DNA from: Candidatus Latescibacterota bacterium
GTDB taxonomy: Bacteria > Latescibacterota > UBA2968
Direction of reading: 5' to 3'
Length of the DNA: 64,000 bases
Assembly: GCA_965204375.1 (NCBI GenBank)
Contig: OZ241986.1
Span: forward strand, 6,208,001 to 6,272,000
Part shown: positions 47,713-58,648 of the stretch, one piece after another
Layout: each line of letters starts with the position of its first letter
Position numbering within the stretch: the first letter of the stretch is position 1
Position numbers and translations under genes: made by a program
Notes under the pieces: model-generated
What the model was told of the DNA's origin: nothing
Seen by the model: only the letters and a program-made list of their open reading frames with translations
Database searches by the model: none

Positions 47713-48798
47713 ATGGACAAGCTCAAAATTGCACATATCGGCACGGGGAATCGTGGGACAAATGTGTACCTTCCGCTCATTGCCAAGTTGAAGGACGATC
47801 TCGAATTGGTCGCTGTTTGCGATGTAAGCGAAGATTCTGTCAAGGCGCAGGGCGCAAAGTATAACGTTGCTGCATATACAGATACCGCTGAGATGCTGGA
47901 AAAAGAGAAGCCAGATATTTGTTCTATCGTTATTACCCCGAGCAATAATCATATTCCGGGGCTGTTGTGCTCTGAACATGGTGTGAGTTACTGCACCGAG
48001 ACGCCGATCGACACAGACCTCGGCTGGGCGGACGAGATGATCGAGTCCGCAAAGCAGCACGGGACAAAGATTGAGGTCAACGAAAACTATTATCGCGTGC
48101 CATCGGAACGGATTAAACGCGAGATGATTCTGGCGGGTGTATTCGGCAAGATCAACGTTGCTTACAACGAATTTCGCGGGCACGGTTATCACGGGATCGG
48201 CTTGATTCGCAGTTACGTCGGTTTTGATAACGAACCCCTTCGCGTGTTCGGTTTGCGAAAGAGTTTCACCGTGCAGGAACACGTTTGGCGGCAAGGTCAG
48301 CCGACGCGCGACTCAGAGGATTGGCAGCAAGGCGTCATCGAATTTGCCGATGGCGCGGTCGGGATATTCAATTTCAGCAGTTTGTCTTACGGTTCGCCAC
48401 TTCGCGGTTTCAACGGCACGAAGTTCTACGGCGAACGTGGGATGTGCTTCCGCGATGATGCGGTTATTCTGAACGATACCGCCGATGAGCAGCGCAAAAT
48501 CACGGTTGTCCGCAAGACCAACGATGTCGATGGGTTTGAGACCCTGGCCGCACTCGTGGCGGATACAACGCCGGAGGTGGTGTGGAAAAATCCATTGCAA
48601 AATTATCCGCTCAGTGATGGCGAAATTACCGTCGCGTCAGAACTGATGAGTATCGCAAATGCCGTTCGCGACGATACTGAGCCAGAATATGGGGCTTACA
48701 ATGGTCGTAAGGACCGGGAGATTGACGTGGCGATGGCGAGGTCGTGGGCAAACGATGGTGAACCTGTGACGTTCCCATTTGAATACGAGCGGCGATGA
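47713..48798 (+). CDS. Gfo/Idh/MocA family oxidoreductase
   Basis: IGTGNRG Rossmann motif, ETP variant of EKP, ENY; start placed after GGAGG. Confidence 0.85.
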   Translation: MDKLKIAHIGTGNRGTNVYLPLIAKLKDDLELVAVCDVSEDSVKAQGAKYNVAAYTDTAEMLEKEKPDICSIVITPSNNHIPGLLCSEHGVSYCTETPIDTDLGWADEMIESAKQHGTKIEVNENYYRVPSERIKREMILAGVFGKINVAYNEFRGHGYHGIGLIRSYVGFDNEPLRVFGLRKSFTVQEHVWRQGQPTRDSEDWQQGVIEFADGAVGIFNFSSLSYGSPLRGFNGTKFYGERGMCFRDDAVILNDTADEQRKITVVRKTNDVDGFETLAALVADTTPEVVWKNPLQNYPLSDGEITVASELMSIANAVRDDTEPEYGAYNGRKDREIDVAMARSWANDGEPVTFPFEYERR

Positions 48799-48799
48799 A

Positions 48800-50080
48800 T
48801 TACGTCTTTAACTTTTTTAGCCATTCTGCTGCTTCGCTCAGGCTATCGAGGGTGCGGCAGAAGGCAAATCGCAAGTATCGGTCGCCGTCGTTGCCCGTTG
48901 CGTAGAAGTTGTCGCCGGGTACGGGGGTGACGCCGATTTCCCGGGTCATGTACAGAGCGGCATCGGTTGCGTTCATGTCGCATAGGGTGGGGACGGAGCG
49001 GTAATCGGCAAAGAGGTAGTAGGAGCCATCGGGTGGGGTGATTTTGAATCCGGTGGATTGGAGGGCGTTGAGGAGCAGGTTGCGTTTTTGTAAGAATGGT
49101 TTGTGAATATTTTTGAAGATGGCGTCGGGCAATTGCAACAGGTGCTCGGCGCCTTTTTGCAATGGGGTGGGAGCTTGCACGACGAGGGTGTCGTGAACAG
49201 CGCGAATCCGCGGGGTGTGTTGTTCGGGCGATATGACCCAGCCGACGCGCCAGCCGCTGGCGTTGGCGGTTTTGGTGATGGCGTTGACGACGATGGTGCG
49301 CTCGGCCATGCCAGCGAGTGTTGCGGGGCAGATGTGAACGCAATCGCCGTAGAGGATGTGTTCGTAGATTTCGTCGGTGATTAGATATAGATCGCGTTTG
49401 CAACAGAGGTTTGCAATGAAGGCGAGTTCTGCTTCGGAGAATACTTTGCCCGTGGGGTTGTGTGGCGTGTTGAGGATGAGTGCGCGCGCGCGTTTTGCCG
49501 CGGTGGCCCATTCGTCTTTGTCGATTGCCCAGCCATCGCTTTTTTCGCGGAGGGTGACATATTCGCAGCGCAGCCCGAAAAGGCTGGCTTGATTGGGATA
49601 CATTTCGTGAAAGGGTTGTAAGACGATAACGCTGTCGTCGGGATTGCACAGGGCGCGAAGTGTTGAGGATAGTCCTTCGGTCGCGCCTGCGGTGACGGTG
49701 ATTTGCGTTTCGGGATTGGGGCGAAAGGCGTAGAACCGCTGGGTGTAGTCTGCGATGGCTTCCCGAAGTTCGGGCAATCCGTAGGGAAAGGAGTACTGGT
49801 TGTAGCGGTCGTGTTCGGGTTGGAGGATGGCGCAGAGGTCTTTGAGAGAGCGGTTGTGGTGGGCATTGCCCGCGTTGCGCGAGAGGAGGTCGCGGAGGGC
49901 GAGCGCGTGCAATTGCTCGGCGCCTTCATCTGAGCCACCCAGTATGGCGGCGATGCCCGCCCAGGCGAGGTCGTAGAGTACGGGTTCGTCTGTGATCCCT
50001 TGAGAGAGGTTTATGGCATTGTGCTCAAGGGATAGGCGGGTCATGCGCCGAATAACGGATTCTTGTGGGGCAGAGAACAT
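48800..50080 (-). CDS. PLP-dependent aminotransferase, class I/II
   Basis: INLSQG, GLPELR.AI, NTPHNPTGKVF, DEIYEH, K...SGWRVG, RFAFC. Confidence 0.92.
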   Translation of the reverse strand: MFSAPQESVIRRMTRLSLEHNAINLSQGITDEPVLYDLAWAGIAAILGGSDEGAEQLHALALRDLLSRNAGNAHHNRSLKDLCAILQPEHDRYNQYSFPYGLPELREAIADYTQRFYAFRPNPETQITVTAGATEGLSSTLRALCNPDDSVIVLQPFHEMYPNQASLFGLRCEYVTLREKSDGWAIDKDEWATAAKRARALILNTPHNPTGKVFSEAELAFIANLCCKRDLYLITDEIYEHILYGDCVHICPATLAGMAERTIVVNAITKTANASGWRVGWVISPEQHTPRIRAVHDTLVVQAPTPLQKGAEHLLQLPDAIFKNIHKPFLQKRNLLLNALQSTGFKITPPDGSYYLFADYRSVPTLCDMNATDAALYMTREIGVTPVPGDNFYATGNDGDRYLRFAFCRTLDSLSEAAEWLKKLKT

Positions 50081-50243
50081 AAGCAACCACTGTCAGAATC
50101 AGGATATTCAGGATAAAAGGATGAGCAGGATGAAAAGGCGCGAGGCACAAGAGGCGAGGCAACCTGCCTTCAGCCCCAGATTTTCGCCTTTTATCTGCGT
50201 AAAACGCTCAAATTACTCGCGTTTTTTCTGCGTCATCTGCGGA

Positions 50244-51605
50244 TCAGCCCAGCAATTTCTGTTCCCAGGCTTTTATGTATTCTTCGGGCGTTAGTTGGCT
50301 GTCCGGTGCGCTCCGATGTTTGTCGTACATGTCTTCTGCTTGTGCTGCGATGACCTCTGGTTCTTCGGGGATTTCGCCCTGGTCGCCGTAGGTTTCGATC
50401 CAGTTGTCGAGGCGTGCGCGAAGGTCGTTGAGCGCGTTCTGGTGATCTGGCGATTCTGCGAGGTTTTCGACTTCGTGGGGATCGGCTCGCAGGTCGTAGA
50501 GTTCTTCGTAAGGGCGATAGGGGGCGAGGAATTTTGCCTGTGCTTCGGTGAGTTTGCCTTCTCTTTCGAGCAGGGGCAGGAGTGTCCAGAGGGGGTATTG
50601 CTGGTATTTGTAGCGGTTGAATTGCATGTAGGGTCGGTCGGGGTGATAGTTGCGTATGTATTTGTAGTTTTTGGTGCGTACGCAACGGATGCGATCTACT
50701 GTGCCGTCACATCGGTCGCGTGCTGAGTAGATTTCGCTGCGGGATTTCGCATCGGGACCGAGGAAGATGTTGCCTTCCATTTCCGGGGGGACTTCTAAAC
50801 CCGCGAGCGAGAGGGCGGTGGGGGCAAGGTCTATGCCGCTGACGAGTTCGTCGCTTACGACGCCTGCGTCGATGTGTCCGGGCCAGCGGACAATGCAGGG
50901 TATGCGAATGCCGCCGTCGTACAGGAATTGTTTGTCGCGGATGTGCGCGCGTCCGTGGTCTGCGATGAGGAAGACGATGGTGTTGTCGGCTACGCCTTCG
51001 TCTTCGAGGCGCTGGAGCACCTCACCGACTTTGTGGTCGAAGACCTGAACGCTTTCGAGATACATGGCCCAGTCTTTTCTGATGAGGGGATGATCGGGAT
51101 AATATGGCGGAATTTCTACGGCGTCGGGATCGACGGGGTTTTGCGGGTCGGGTGTGAAGTTGCGATGGGTGTCTGTGATGTTGTTCTGGGCGTAAAAGGG
51201 CTGGCCCTCTGCGCGTTGGGTCCAGTCTATGCCGTCAAAGACGCCATTGCGCTGGAAGTTGAAGTCGGTTTTACCGGATTTGTCAAAGGGCGGTCCCGGG
51301 CTGTTGCAGGTGTAATATCCCGCATCGCGGAAGTAGTCGGTGATGAGGCGAATGTGTTCGGGCAATGGGGTGTCGCGCTTGCTGCGGTGGTTGTGCGCGC
51401 CAAAGCTGGTTTGATAACGGCCGGTGATGATGGCCGATCTGCTCGGAGAACACACTGGGCAGGTGACAAACGCATTTGTAAATAGCGTGCCTTCCGAAGC
51501 GAGTTTGTCGATGTTGGGGGTTTGCACGGCTGGTGTGCCATAGCAGGCGAGGTTGGGATAGAGGTCTTCGCCGTAGATCCAGAGGATGTTGGGTTTATTG
51601 GGCAT
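50244..51605 (-). CDS. Sulfatase
   Basis: PNILWI..ED, CPVCSPSRS, GKTD, DHG, EELYDL..DP.E..NLA. Confidence 0.93.
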   Translation of the reverse strand: MPNKPNILWIYGEDLYPNLACYGTPAVQTPNIDKLASEGTLFTNAFVTCPVCSPSRSAIITGRYQTSFGAHNHRSKRDTPLPEHIRLITDYFRDAGYYTCNSPGPPFDKSGKTDFNFQRNGVFDGIDWTQRAEGQPFYAQNNITDTHRNFTPDPQNPVDPDAVEIPPYYPDHPLIRKDWAMYLESVQVFDHKVGEVLQRLEDEGVADNTIVFLIADHGRAHIRDKQFLYDGGIRIPCIVRWPGHIDAGVVSDELVSGIDLAPTALSLAGLEVPPEMEGNIFLGPDAKSRSEIYSARDRCDGTVDRIRCVRTKNYKYIRNYHPDRPYMQFNRYKYQQYPLWTLLPLLEREGKLTEAQAKFLAPYRPYEELYDLRADPHEVENLAESPDHQNALNDLRARLDNWIETYGDQGEIPEEPEVIAAQAEDMYDKHRSAPDSQLTPEEYIKAWEQKLLG

Positions 51606-51657
51606 GGTAAAAAATCCATTCGTAAGTGTGGTTCAGATGGTCGGGTAAAGGACAATT

Positions 51658-51684
51658 GTAGGGGCAGGCCCCTGTGTCTGCCCG
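51658..51684. repeat. REP-like palindrome
   Basis: GTAGGGGCAGGCCCCTGTGTCTGCCC; related GTAG-headed palindromes at 31261-31317 and, inverted, at 61066-61091. Confidence 0.6.
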
Positions 51685-51724
51685 TTGGGTGGTTGGTCTG
51701 ATTCGTCTATTCGTTGATTCGTCT

Positions 51725-52528
51725 TTATCGCGCGCCGCACGCTTGCAAGGATGCCTGCATGTGTCCGCGGGTTTCCGCGCCGATGATGCAACATTGTTCC
51801 AGGCTGTGTCCTTGTGCTTTTGTGCCGATGACTTCGAGGTTGACGGGTCCGTCATAACCGTTTTCGTGCAGGACTCGGATATAGCCGACGAGGTCGATGT
51901 CGCCGCGGCCATTGGCCTGGTTTTCGGGGTCGCCTGGTCCGCGTTCGCGGCCTTTGCAGTCGCGGATGTGGACGTGTTTGACGCGCGAGACGACGGCTGC
52001 GATGGCTTCGACTGGATTTTCATTTGCGCGGTGGATGTGCGAGGGGTCCATGTCAATGCCAAAGGCGGGGGATGAGATGGCTTCCATCACGCGCAGGGTG
52101 GTTGGGGTGTTGTAGATGGCTGCGCCCACATGGGCTTTGACGCAGAGAGTTACGCCGTATTTTTCGGCCATGTTGGCGAGGCTGCCGAGGGAGTCGATGC
52201 TTTGCTGGAGGGTTTCTTCGTCGTCTGATTTTCCACCTGGACCGCAATTGACGACGGGGATGCCAGCTTCGTTTGCAGCACAAAATGCTTTTTCCATCAT
52301 TTCGGGGTCTTGTCTGGGTTGTTCCATGGCGAGGAGTTCGAGGCCGTATTCACGTCCCAGACGTCTGGCTTCCCGGGCTGTTTCGCGCCAGTTGTCGAGG
52401 ACGAGGTGCTGGCTCATGCCACCTATTGCCGCGACTTCTATGCCGTCGTATCCGGCCATGGCGGTGTATTTAAAAGCGGTTTCCATGTCCCACGCGCCAA
52501 AAAGAACTGAGTTGAGTCCGAGTTTCAT
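51725..52528 (-). CDS. Sugar phosphate isomerase/epimerase (TIM barrel)
   Basis: AGYDGIE, DPSH, HVHIRD, G.G.ID, GYDG..NLE. Confidence 0.88.
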   Translation of the reverse strand: MKLGLNSVLFGAWDMETAFKYTAMAGYDGIEVAAIGGMSQHLVLDNWRETAREARRLGREYGLELLAMEQPRQDPEMMEKAFCAANEAGIPVVNCGPGGKSDDEETLQQSIDSLGSLANMAEKYGVTLCVKAHVGAAIYNTPTTLRVMEAISSPAFGIDMDPSHIHRANENPVEAIAAVVSRVKHVHIRDCKGRERGPGDPENQANGRGDIDLVGYIRVLHENGYDGPVNLEVIGTKAQGHSLEQCCIIGAETRGHMQASLQACGAR

Positions 52529-52554
52529 GTTTCCTCCTGTAAGGGGTTTATTGA

Positions 52555-53610
52555 TTATTGTGATTGCATCGACGGTAAATCCGTGCGTGACCCGCGCACG
52601 TCTATCGCTTCTCTAGAGAGCCGAGCCTGGGGTGCTTCGCCTTTTAATATTCGCTCAAAATCATCGCCGATTACTTCGGCGACTTGCAAGTTCGCATCTC
52701 GCGTGCGTCCGGCAATGTGAGGGGTGTGGACGACATTGACACGGTTCCGCAATAGGTCGTCTGTTGGCACTGGCTCGTTGTCATATACGTCAAATGCACC
52801 AGCGAGTTCGTTGGCGATAATGCGTTCCCGCAATGCGTCCATATCGACGGCGTGTGCGCGCGTGGTTATTACGACCAGGCTGCCTTTGCGCAACCGATGA
52901 ATGCGTTCTCGCGATAGAATTTTTCTGGCAGATGGCGTTGGCGGTATGGTGACGACCACTATCTCGCATTCATCTACGAGGGTGTCCATTTCCACGCCTT
53001 CTACGCCGAGTTCATCCAACTGCGATTTTGGAATAAATGGATCGTAGCCCAGTACGCGCGCGCCGAGCGCATTGGACCACATTGCCATCCGCCCGCCGAT
53101 TTGTCCCAGTCCCATGACGCCGACGGTTTTGGTTCCCAATGTGCCGTTGACGAAATCCGGGTTGTCGCAAAATTGCGCGTATTCAAAATTCCACAGGCGT
53201 TCGCCCGATGCCATGCGTTTGTGCCATTGTGGTATCATGCGCAGGGCGTTTAATGTCAGGGCGAGTGTAATTTCTGCGACAGATGCCGCCCATGCGCGCG
53301 TGCCGTCAATGATGGGGATATCGCGTTCGAACATGCCATCGACTGGAAGAGCGCGATGGCCCCAATTATCCAGCACGCCTCCCACGGCTTTTAATTCGGG
53401 TGCGCGTGCCAAACACGCTTCTGTCAACTGTCCGCCGAATAGTGCGATGGCCGATACATGCGACAAATCCGTCAATTCCGAAAGTGGTGCGCCGCGTTCT
53501 ATCTGTACGACGCGCACTTCATCCAATTCATTTAGCCGCGCCATCAGTGCCTCTGGCACAAACGGCCACGATCGTTCCAAATTTTCTGTCCGGGCAAACA
53601 GAATCGCCAT
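52555..53610 (-). CDS. D-isomer-specific 2-hydroxyacid dehydrogenase
   Basis: SVAE, GLGQIG, YDP, DVYDNEP, TPHIAG. Confidence 0.9.
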   Translation of the reverse strand: MAILFARTENLERSWPFVPEALMARLNELDEVRVVQIERGAPLSELTDLSHVSAIALFGGQLTEACLARAPELKAVGGVLDNWGHRALPVDGMFERDIPIIDGTRAWAASVAEITLALTLNALRMIPQWHKRMASGERLWNFEYAQFCDNPDFVNGTLGTKTVGVMGLGQIGGRMAMWSNALGARVLGYDPFIPKSQLDELGVEGVEMDTLVDECEIVVVTIPPTPSARKILSRERIHRLRKGSLVVITTRAHAVDMDALRERIIANELAGAFDVYDNEPVPTDDLLRNRVNVVHTPHIAGRTRDANLQVAEVIGDDFERILKGEAPQARLSREAIDVRGSRTDLPSMQSQ

Positions 53611-53800
53611 TGTCCATCCTTTCTATTGATTATAAAAAAAATAACATATATGAACAGCAAAATAATGCGTCTTGCCTGGACAAACAAGAACCAAAAAATG
53701 CGGATGTATTGTGAGGAAGGGTAGGTATTGAAGAGAAGGGGGTGAGGTGGGACCGCAATCGGGTTCGCCCGGTGCTGGGCGAACCCGCGGTTTTCATAGC

Positions 53801-55009
53801 CTATGGTGTGAGCATCAGGGCGATGCCCTGTGGATTGACCAATCCAGAGGTGACGAGGGCTTCGGGACTGGATCCGTCGAGGTTGGCGCGCCAGATTTTA
53901 CCGTCATTGACGTTGGCTGTGCCAGCATCTACCCAGTACATCTTTGGGGGATCGCTCGTCAGGTCCAGGGCGACGTCGCGCGGCCCAGTGGCCGGACCGC
54001 CGAGTGATTGCCCGCCGATTGTTCTGGTATTGACCACATCTTCTGGTTCAGTGCCATCGAGATTGGCACGCCGGATTCTATCCCTGGTGGGATCCACCCA
54101 GTACATCTTGCCCCCGGGCACATCCAGAGCAATACCCCTTGAAAAGCGCAACAGATTTTCGAAGGTGAGGAGGGTTTCCACATTGGATCCGTCGAGGTTG
54201 GCGCGCTGGATTTTATCGTTCGGAAGTGGGTTGGGGGATCCCGTGCCGGAGTCCGTCCAGTACATCTTGCCCCCTGCCACATCCAGCGCGATGCTCTGCG
54301 CATTAATCAATCCAGTGTTGAAGAGGACTTCGGGACTGGATCCATCGAGATTGGCACGCCAGATTTTACCGTCATTGACGTTGTTTGTGCCAGCATCTAT
54401 CCAGTATATCTTTGGAGGATCACTTGTCAAGTCCAGGGCAACGTCACGCGGAATGGTGGCCGGACCGCTGAGTGACTGCCCGTCGACCGTTCTCGTGTTG
54501 ATGATATCTTCTACGCCAGAGCCATCGAGGTTGGCGCGCCGAATTCTATCCCTGGTGGGGTCCGTCCAGTACATCTTGCCCCCGGCCACATCCAGAGCAA
54601 TTCCAAATGGAAGCCGCAAGAAGTTTTCGAAGGTGAGGAGGGTTTCCACATTGGAGCCATCGAGGTCGGCGCGCTGGATTTTATCATCCTGCATAGGAGT
54701 GGGATTACCCGTGCCAGAGTCTGTCCAGTATATCTTGCCCATAGCCTTGGGCACTGTTTTGCCAAATTGTCCGGCGAATATCAAAAAATCGCCAAATCCG
54801 ACCTCGCCGTCGCCATCCAGGTCGAATCGGGCTTCATACCTATCATCGTCCTGACGTGCCCCGAACTTGCCGGCAAAGAGCAAGAAGTCGGTAAAATCGA
54901 CCTCGCCACTCGCATCAAAGTCCGGATTACCCGATTGTGACCCAACTCTGGCCTGAAGCGGTTGAGCCAAAAGACCTGCGAAAACGATTGCAAATAGTAA
55001 TAAACGCAT
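53801..55009 (-). CDS. Secreted dockerin/EF-hand-like + YWTD (LDL-receptor class B) beta-propeller protein
   Basis: PDFDASG..DFL.F N-domain; six K.YW.D...I.RANLDGS repeats arranged as two 156-aa units. Confidence 0.85.
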   Translation of the reverse strand: MRLLLFAIVFAGLLAQPLQARVGSQSGNPDFDASGEVDFTDFLLFAGKFGARQDDDRYEARFDLDGDGEVGFGDFLIFAGQFGKTVPKAMGKIYWTDSGTGNPTPMQDDKIQRADLDGSNVETLLTFENFLRLPFGIALDVAGGKMYWTDPTRDRIRRANLDGSGVEDIINTRTVDGQSLSGPATIPRDVALDLTSDPPKIYWIDAGTNNVNDGKIWRANLDGSSPEVLFNTGLINAQSIALDVAGGKMYWTDSGTGSPNPLPNDKIQRANLDGSNVETLLTFENLLRFSRGIALDVPGGKMYWVDPTRDRIRRANLDGTEPEDVVNTRTIGGQSLGGPATGPRDVALDLTSDPPKMYWVDAGTANVNDGKIWRANLDGSSPEALVTSGLVNPQGIALMLTP

Positions 55010-55233
55010 GACTTCCTCCCTCTTGTTGGAGTTTAAGCATTACTGCTTGTTTGCATAAGACATGATAACATGAAAGTAATGGATCTGCCAACAAAAAAAT
55101 AGTCAGGGTGCGCGAACATGAGGAATGGTGCTAAAATCCTCGTGCGTTTGGCTGTATATAAATTTTTTGACTTATGCGTTTTGCATATTATCATGCATCA
55201 GATATAAACCACAACCCATCAGGAGATTTGACT

Positions 55234-55986
55234 ATGAGTAGCAAAGTTGCAATCATCACTGGCGCGGGCAGCGGGATTGGCAAACACACCACGCTTGCCT
55301 TTTTGGATGCGGGTTATTCAGTTGCTCTGGCAGGACGTCGCGAAGAAACTTTGAATGCCACGGTGAGTGAAGCGGGTGTAGATGATTCAAAGACGCTTGT
55401 TGTGCCGACAGATGTTGGCGATCCAGCGTCTGTGGAAAATCTTTTTGCACGGACAAAAGAGAAGTTTGGACGTCTGGATGTGCTTTTTAACAATGCGGGT
55501 GTGGGCGCGCCCGGTGTCAATCTTGAGGATTTGACTTTTGAGCAATGGCAAACGGTCGTCAATACCAATTTAACGGGTGTCTTTCTGTGTATTCAAGAGG
55601 CGTTTAAAATTATGAAAGATCAGACGCCCCGGGGCGGGAGGATCATCAATAATGGGTCGATTTCGGCGCATGTTCCCCGTCCAAATTCTGCGCCTTATAC
55701 GGCGACCAAACACGCAGTGTCCGGTCTGACCAAATCCACTTCGCTCGATGGGCGCAAATACGATATCGCCTGCGGGCAAATCGATATTGGCAATGCAGCG
55801 ACCGATATGACCGAGCGCATGAAAAATGGCGTTCCACAAGCCAATGGATCCACTCTGGTAGAGCCTACGATGGATGTCAGGGGCGTCGCACAAGCCGTGC
55901 TCAATATGGCGAGCCTTCCATTAGATGCGAATGTTCAATTTATGACGATTATGGCGACCAAGATGCCTTATATCGGTCGCGGGTAA
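55234..55986 (+). CDS. Short-chain dehydrogenase/reductase
   Basis: [17 protein letters not shown]. Confidence 0.93.
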   Translation: MSSKVAIITGAGSGIGKHTTLAFLDAGYSVALAGRREETLNATVSEAGVDDSKTLVVPTDVGDPASVENLFARTKEKFGRLDVLFNNAGVGAPGVNLEDLTFEQWQTVVNTNLTGVFLCIQEAFKIMKDQTPRGGRIINNGSISAHVPRPNSAPYTATKHAVSGLTKSTSLDGRKYDIACGQIDIGNAATDMTERMKNGVPQANGSTLVEPTMDVRGVAQAVLNMASLPLDANVQFMTIMATKMPYIGRG

Positions 55987-56017
55987 AAAAAGACCGGACG
56001 CTTTGTCCGGTCTTTTT
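55985..56017. terminator. Bidirectional rho-independent terminator
   Basis: aaaaaaagaccggac-gcttt-gtccggtcttttt between convergent genes. Confidence 0.85.
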
Positions 56018-56039
56018 AGTTGATACTATGGGAGAGGGG

Positions 56040-58526
56040 TTACATCCCCAGCATGTATGAGACTTTTATGAGAACAGCCCGGTTCCTTTCATTCCATTCT
56101 CGCAAGACATCCCGGTCATCCAGATTATGGTCGTAAGTCACATCAAAGCCCTGATCATAGACAAAGTAAATATCACTGCCGGGGCGGAAGCGGTAATTCA
56201 GCAATACGTTTACACTGGCCTGTTCGCGGTCATTATTCCACTGGGCGAATAGTTTGACATAAAAGTCCGTGGAAAATGAATAGATCAAGCGGTTGCTCAA
56301 TACCTGAATATTGAAGTTGCCCTGGGGTAAGCGCAGCCAGTTGACTTCATAGTCGGTCTCAATCGAAAGTTTTCCAGAAGGCATGAAGGTATTTTCGAGT
56401 GAAAGTTTATATCGCCTTCCCGTGTAATAGTTGCCGATCTCAATGTCGAACTCGGGGCGGACTTTCCGCGAGCGGCTCGGATAGGGACCGGTTCCGAATT
56501 TTGTAAAATTGTATGTGCCGTGTGGGATAATTATATCTGGTCGCTTTTTCGATGGCTTGAATGTGCGCTCGACCACGTCGTGCGTTCGCGTGAATTCGAC
56601 TCGGTACCAGTCTCCGGCATTGAATCGCGTGTAAGTCGCGACCTGCAAGTCCCAGAATTTGACTTTGTTCAGGGGGTCACTGGGATCTGTAATGAGCCGA
56701 AATCTCGGTCCTGTGGAAACATAGCGAATGAGATTCGTGTTGGCGGGTATTCGCGCTCTGACTCGCGCCTCGTATCGCCGAAGTCTCTTCAATCCAGCGC
56801 GGCGGTTGACAAACCCGGCTTTGGGTAGAAAATGCTCTCCAATATCGACGTATTTTAGCGTGCTGGAATAAATACCCCCCGAATAGGTGGCCTGTAAAAA
56901 TCCCGCAGCTCCTGTCTGCGCGTCTTCAGCAGAATCCCAGGTTTTTGCGTAAAATCCCTGAAAATTGAGGGCATTGGATGGTGAAAAACTGAAATCAAGC
57001 CCGGCAGCGCGGTTGTACTGGTCCCAACCCGCACCCGGAATAGGGGTTTGTTTGTTCACGACAATCGCACCGATATTTGACCGCGCTATCACGTCGTGTT
57101 TCAGGCGCAAGACCGAAAAATTGCTGCGCTGGACAAATGTATCGTCCTGAAGCGTTTTGGAATCCGTCAATACATTCAATGCGCCAATGCTCGTTTTGCC
57201 AGCTTTGCCCGCCAGTTTGCTGCCCAGAAGAATGGGTACGGGTTCCCCCGATTCCAGGCCGATTCGGCGGCTGTAGAACAAAATCGTGGGCGGGCGGCTG
57301 TCCCCGCCGCGTCTCGTGGCGGCTTCGCCAAAATCAAAGAGACTGGATCCCTCCAGGAAGAATTCGCGTTTTTCGGGGAAGAATTGCGAGAATTGCGTCA
57401 GGTTTACTTCCTCTTGATCCCCTTCAACCTGGGCAAAATCTGTATTATAAGACAGATCCAGTATCATATTGGGTGTGAGGCCATACCGCACATCTACACC
57501 CGATTCAAAAGTACTTTGTGTAGATGGATCTTCTGCCTGCAAATCTTTCACTGCGCCGGGCAATACATAAGGTTTGATCTGAAATACGCGGCGGGTTTTT
57601 AAGGATTTTATTCCTCTGAGTTCTGCGAGGTCTGTTGTGCGATAGCGCTGCGTTGGTGATGTCGATCTTTGCCCGATCATCAGTGCTGTCGATTCGGTCT
57701 TGCGGGCAATAAAGCGCGCGAGGTTAATGCCCCATACCGCATCCTCTTCGTCCTTAAATCGCAGTTGATCGAATGGAATTGCCACCTCAACCGACCATCC
57801 TTTGTCGTGCCGGTGTCCTTTGGCTTCCCAGATGCAATCCCAATCTTCGTTGTAGGTGCGGCCTTCCCGCGATAGGATCAGATCGCGTTTTGCACCCAGA
57901 GAGTTGACGAAGAAGAATGCGCCGGTTTGGCGGTCGTTATAAGTATCCAGAAGTATTTGCACATTGTCATCGCCCCACAATTGCGAATCGCGCCGCATAT
58001 TATTTGCCACGATTTTATGTGGTTCAGAATCAAAACATTCAAATCCGAAATAGATTTTTCTCTGGTCGTAAACAATACGGGCTGTTGTGCGTTCGGTGCT
58101 CGGCACCCAGTAGCCCGGGTCGCGCTGTACAAATCCTTCGATGGGTTTTGCATTTTGCCAAGCAGGGTCGTCCAAATGCCCGTCCATTTTGGGACCGTTA
58201 TCTACGCGGGTGGCGTAAACAGCGCGCGGTGCATCGTCAGAAGTCTGTGTGGTGACAACGCGAATGCGATCCGATACCTTTACGGGTGAACCGTTTTCCT
58301 CGACTACTCGTGCCACGAGCACGTCGTCGTCGAGTTTTTTGATGACTTGAAGCGTTGACCCATTGTCCATCTGCAATTGGCTTCCCAGGGATGCCGCCCC
58401 ATTGAGTCCAGATACATAAGCGAGATCGCCCGTGATTTCTTTGATTATACCGGCTGTGTCATCACTTTCAGTCGGATGCGCGCAAATCGCTATACAGATA
58501 AGCCCAAGCAAGCACGCTCTGATCAT
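56040..58526 (-). CDS. CBM9-like sugar-binding + DUF5916 outer-membrane protein
   Basis: DG.LDD..W, WSVEVAIPF.QLRF, NTDFAQVE.D, FPEKREFFLEG, FYSRRIG. Confidence 0.85.
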   Translation of the reverse strand: MIRACLLGLICIAICAHPTESDDTAGIIKEITGDLAYVSGLNGAASLGSQLQMDNGSTLQVIKKLDDDVLVARVVEENGSPVKVSDRIRVVTTQTSDDAPRAVYATRVDNGPKMDGHLDDPAWQNAKPIEGFVQRDPGYWVPSTERTTARIVYDQRKIYFGFECFDSEPHKIVANNMRRDSQLWGDDNVQILLDTYNDRQTGAFFFVNSLGAKRDLILSREGRTYNEDWDCIWEAKGHRHDKGWSVEVAIPFDQLRFKDEEDAVWGINLARFIARKTESTALMIGQRSTSPTQRYRTTDLAELRGIKSLKTRRVFQIKPYVLPGAVKDLQAEDPSTQSTFESGVDVRYGLTPNMILDLSYNTDFAQVEGDQEEVNLTQFSQFFPEKREFFLEGSSLFDFGEAATRRGGDSRPPTILFYSRRIGLESGEPVPILLGSKLAGKAGKTSIGALNVLTDSKTLQDDTFVQRSNFSVLRLKHDVIARSNIGAIVVNKQTPIPGAGWDQYNRAAGLDFSFSPSNALNFQGFYAKTWDSAEDAQTGAAGFLQATYSGGIYSSTLKYVDIGEHFLPKAGFVNRRAGLKRLRRYEARVRARIPANTNLIRYVSTGPRFRLITDPSDPLNKVKFWDLQVATYTRFNAGDWYRVEFTRTHDVVERTFKPSKKRPDIIIPHGTYNFTKFGTGPYPSRSRKVRPEFDIEIGNYYTGRRYKLSLENTFMPSGKLSIETDYEVNWLRLPQGNFNIQVLSNRLIYSFSTDFYVKLFAQWNNDREQASVNVLLNYRFRPGSDIYFVYDQGFDVTYDHNLDDRDVLREWNERNRAVLIKVSYMLGM

Positions 58527-58648
58527 ATTTTTGCTCCTGGATAGTGTGGGAAGCCGGTGGATAGTGGCTTCAAGTAAGAACTTACTTACTTAATGTAACA
58601 AAAAATAAAAATTTCGCATTATTTTTTGGAGGAGAGTAGATGGGGAGA

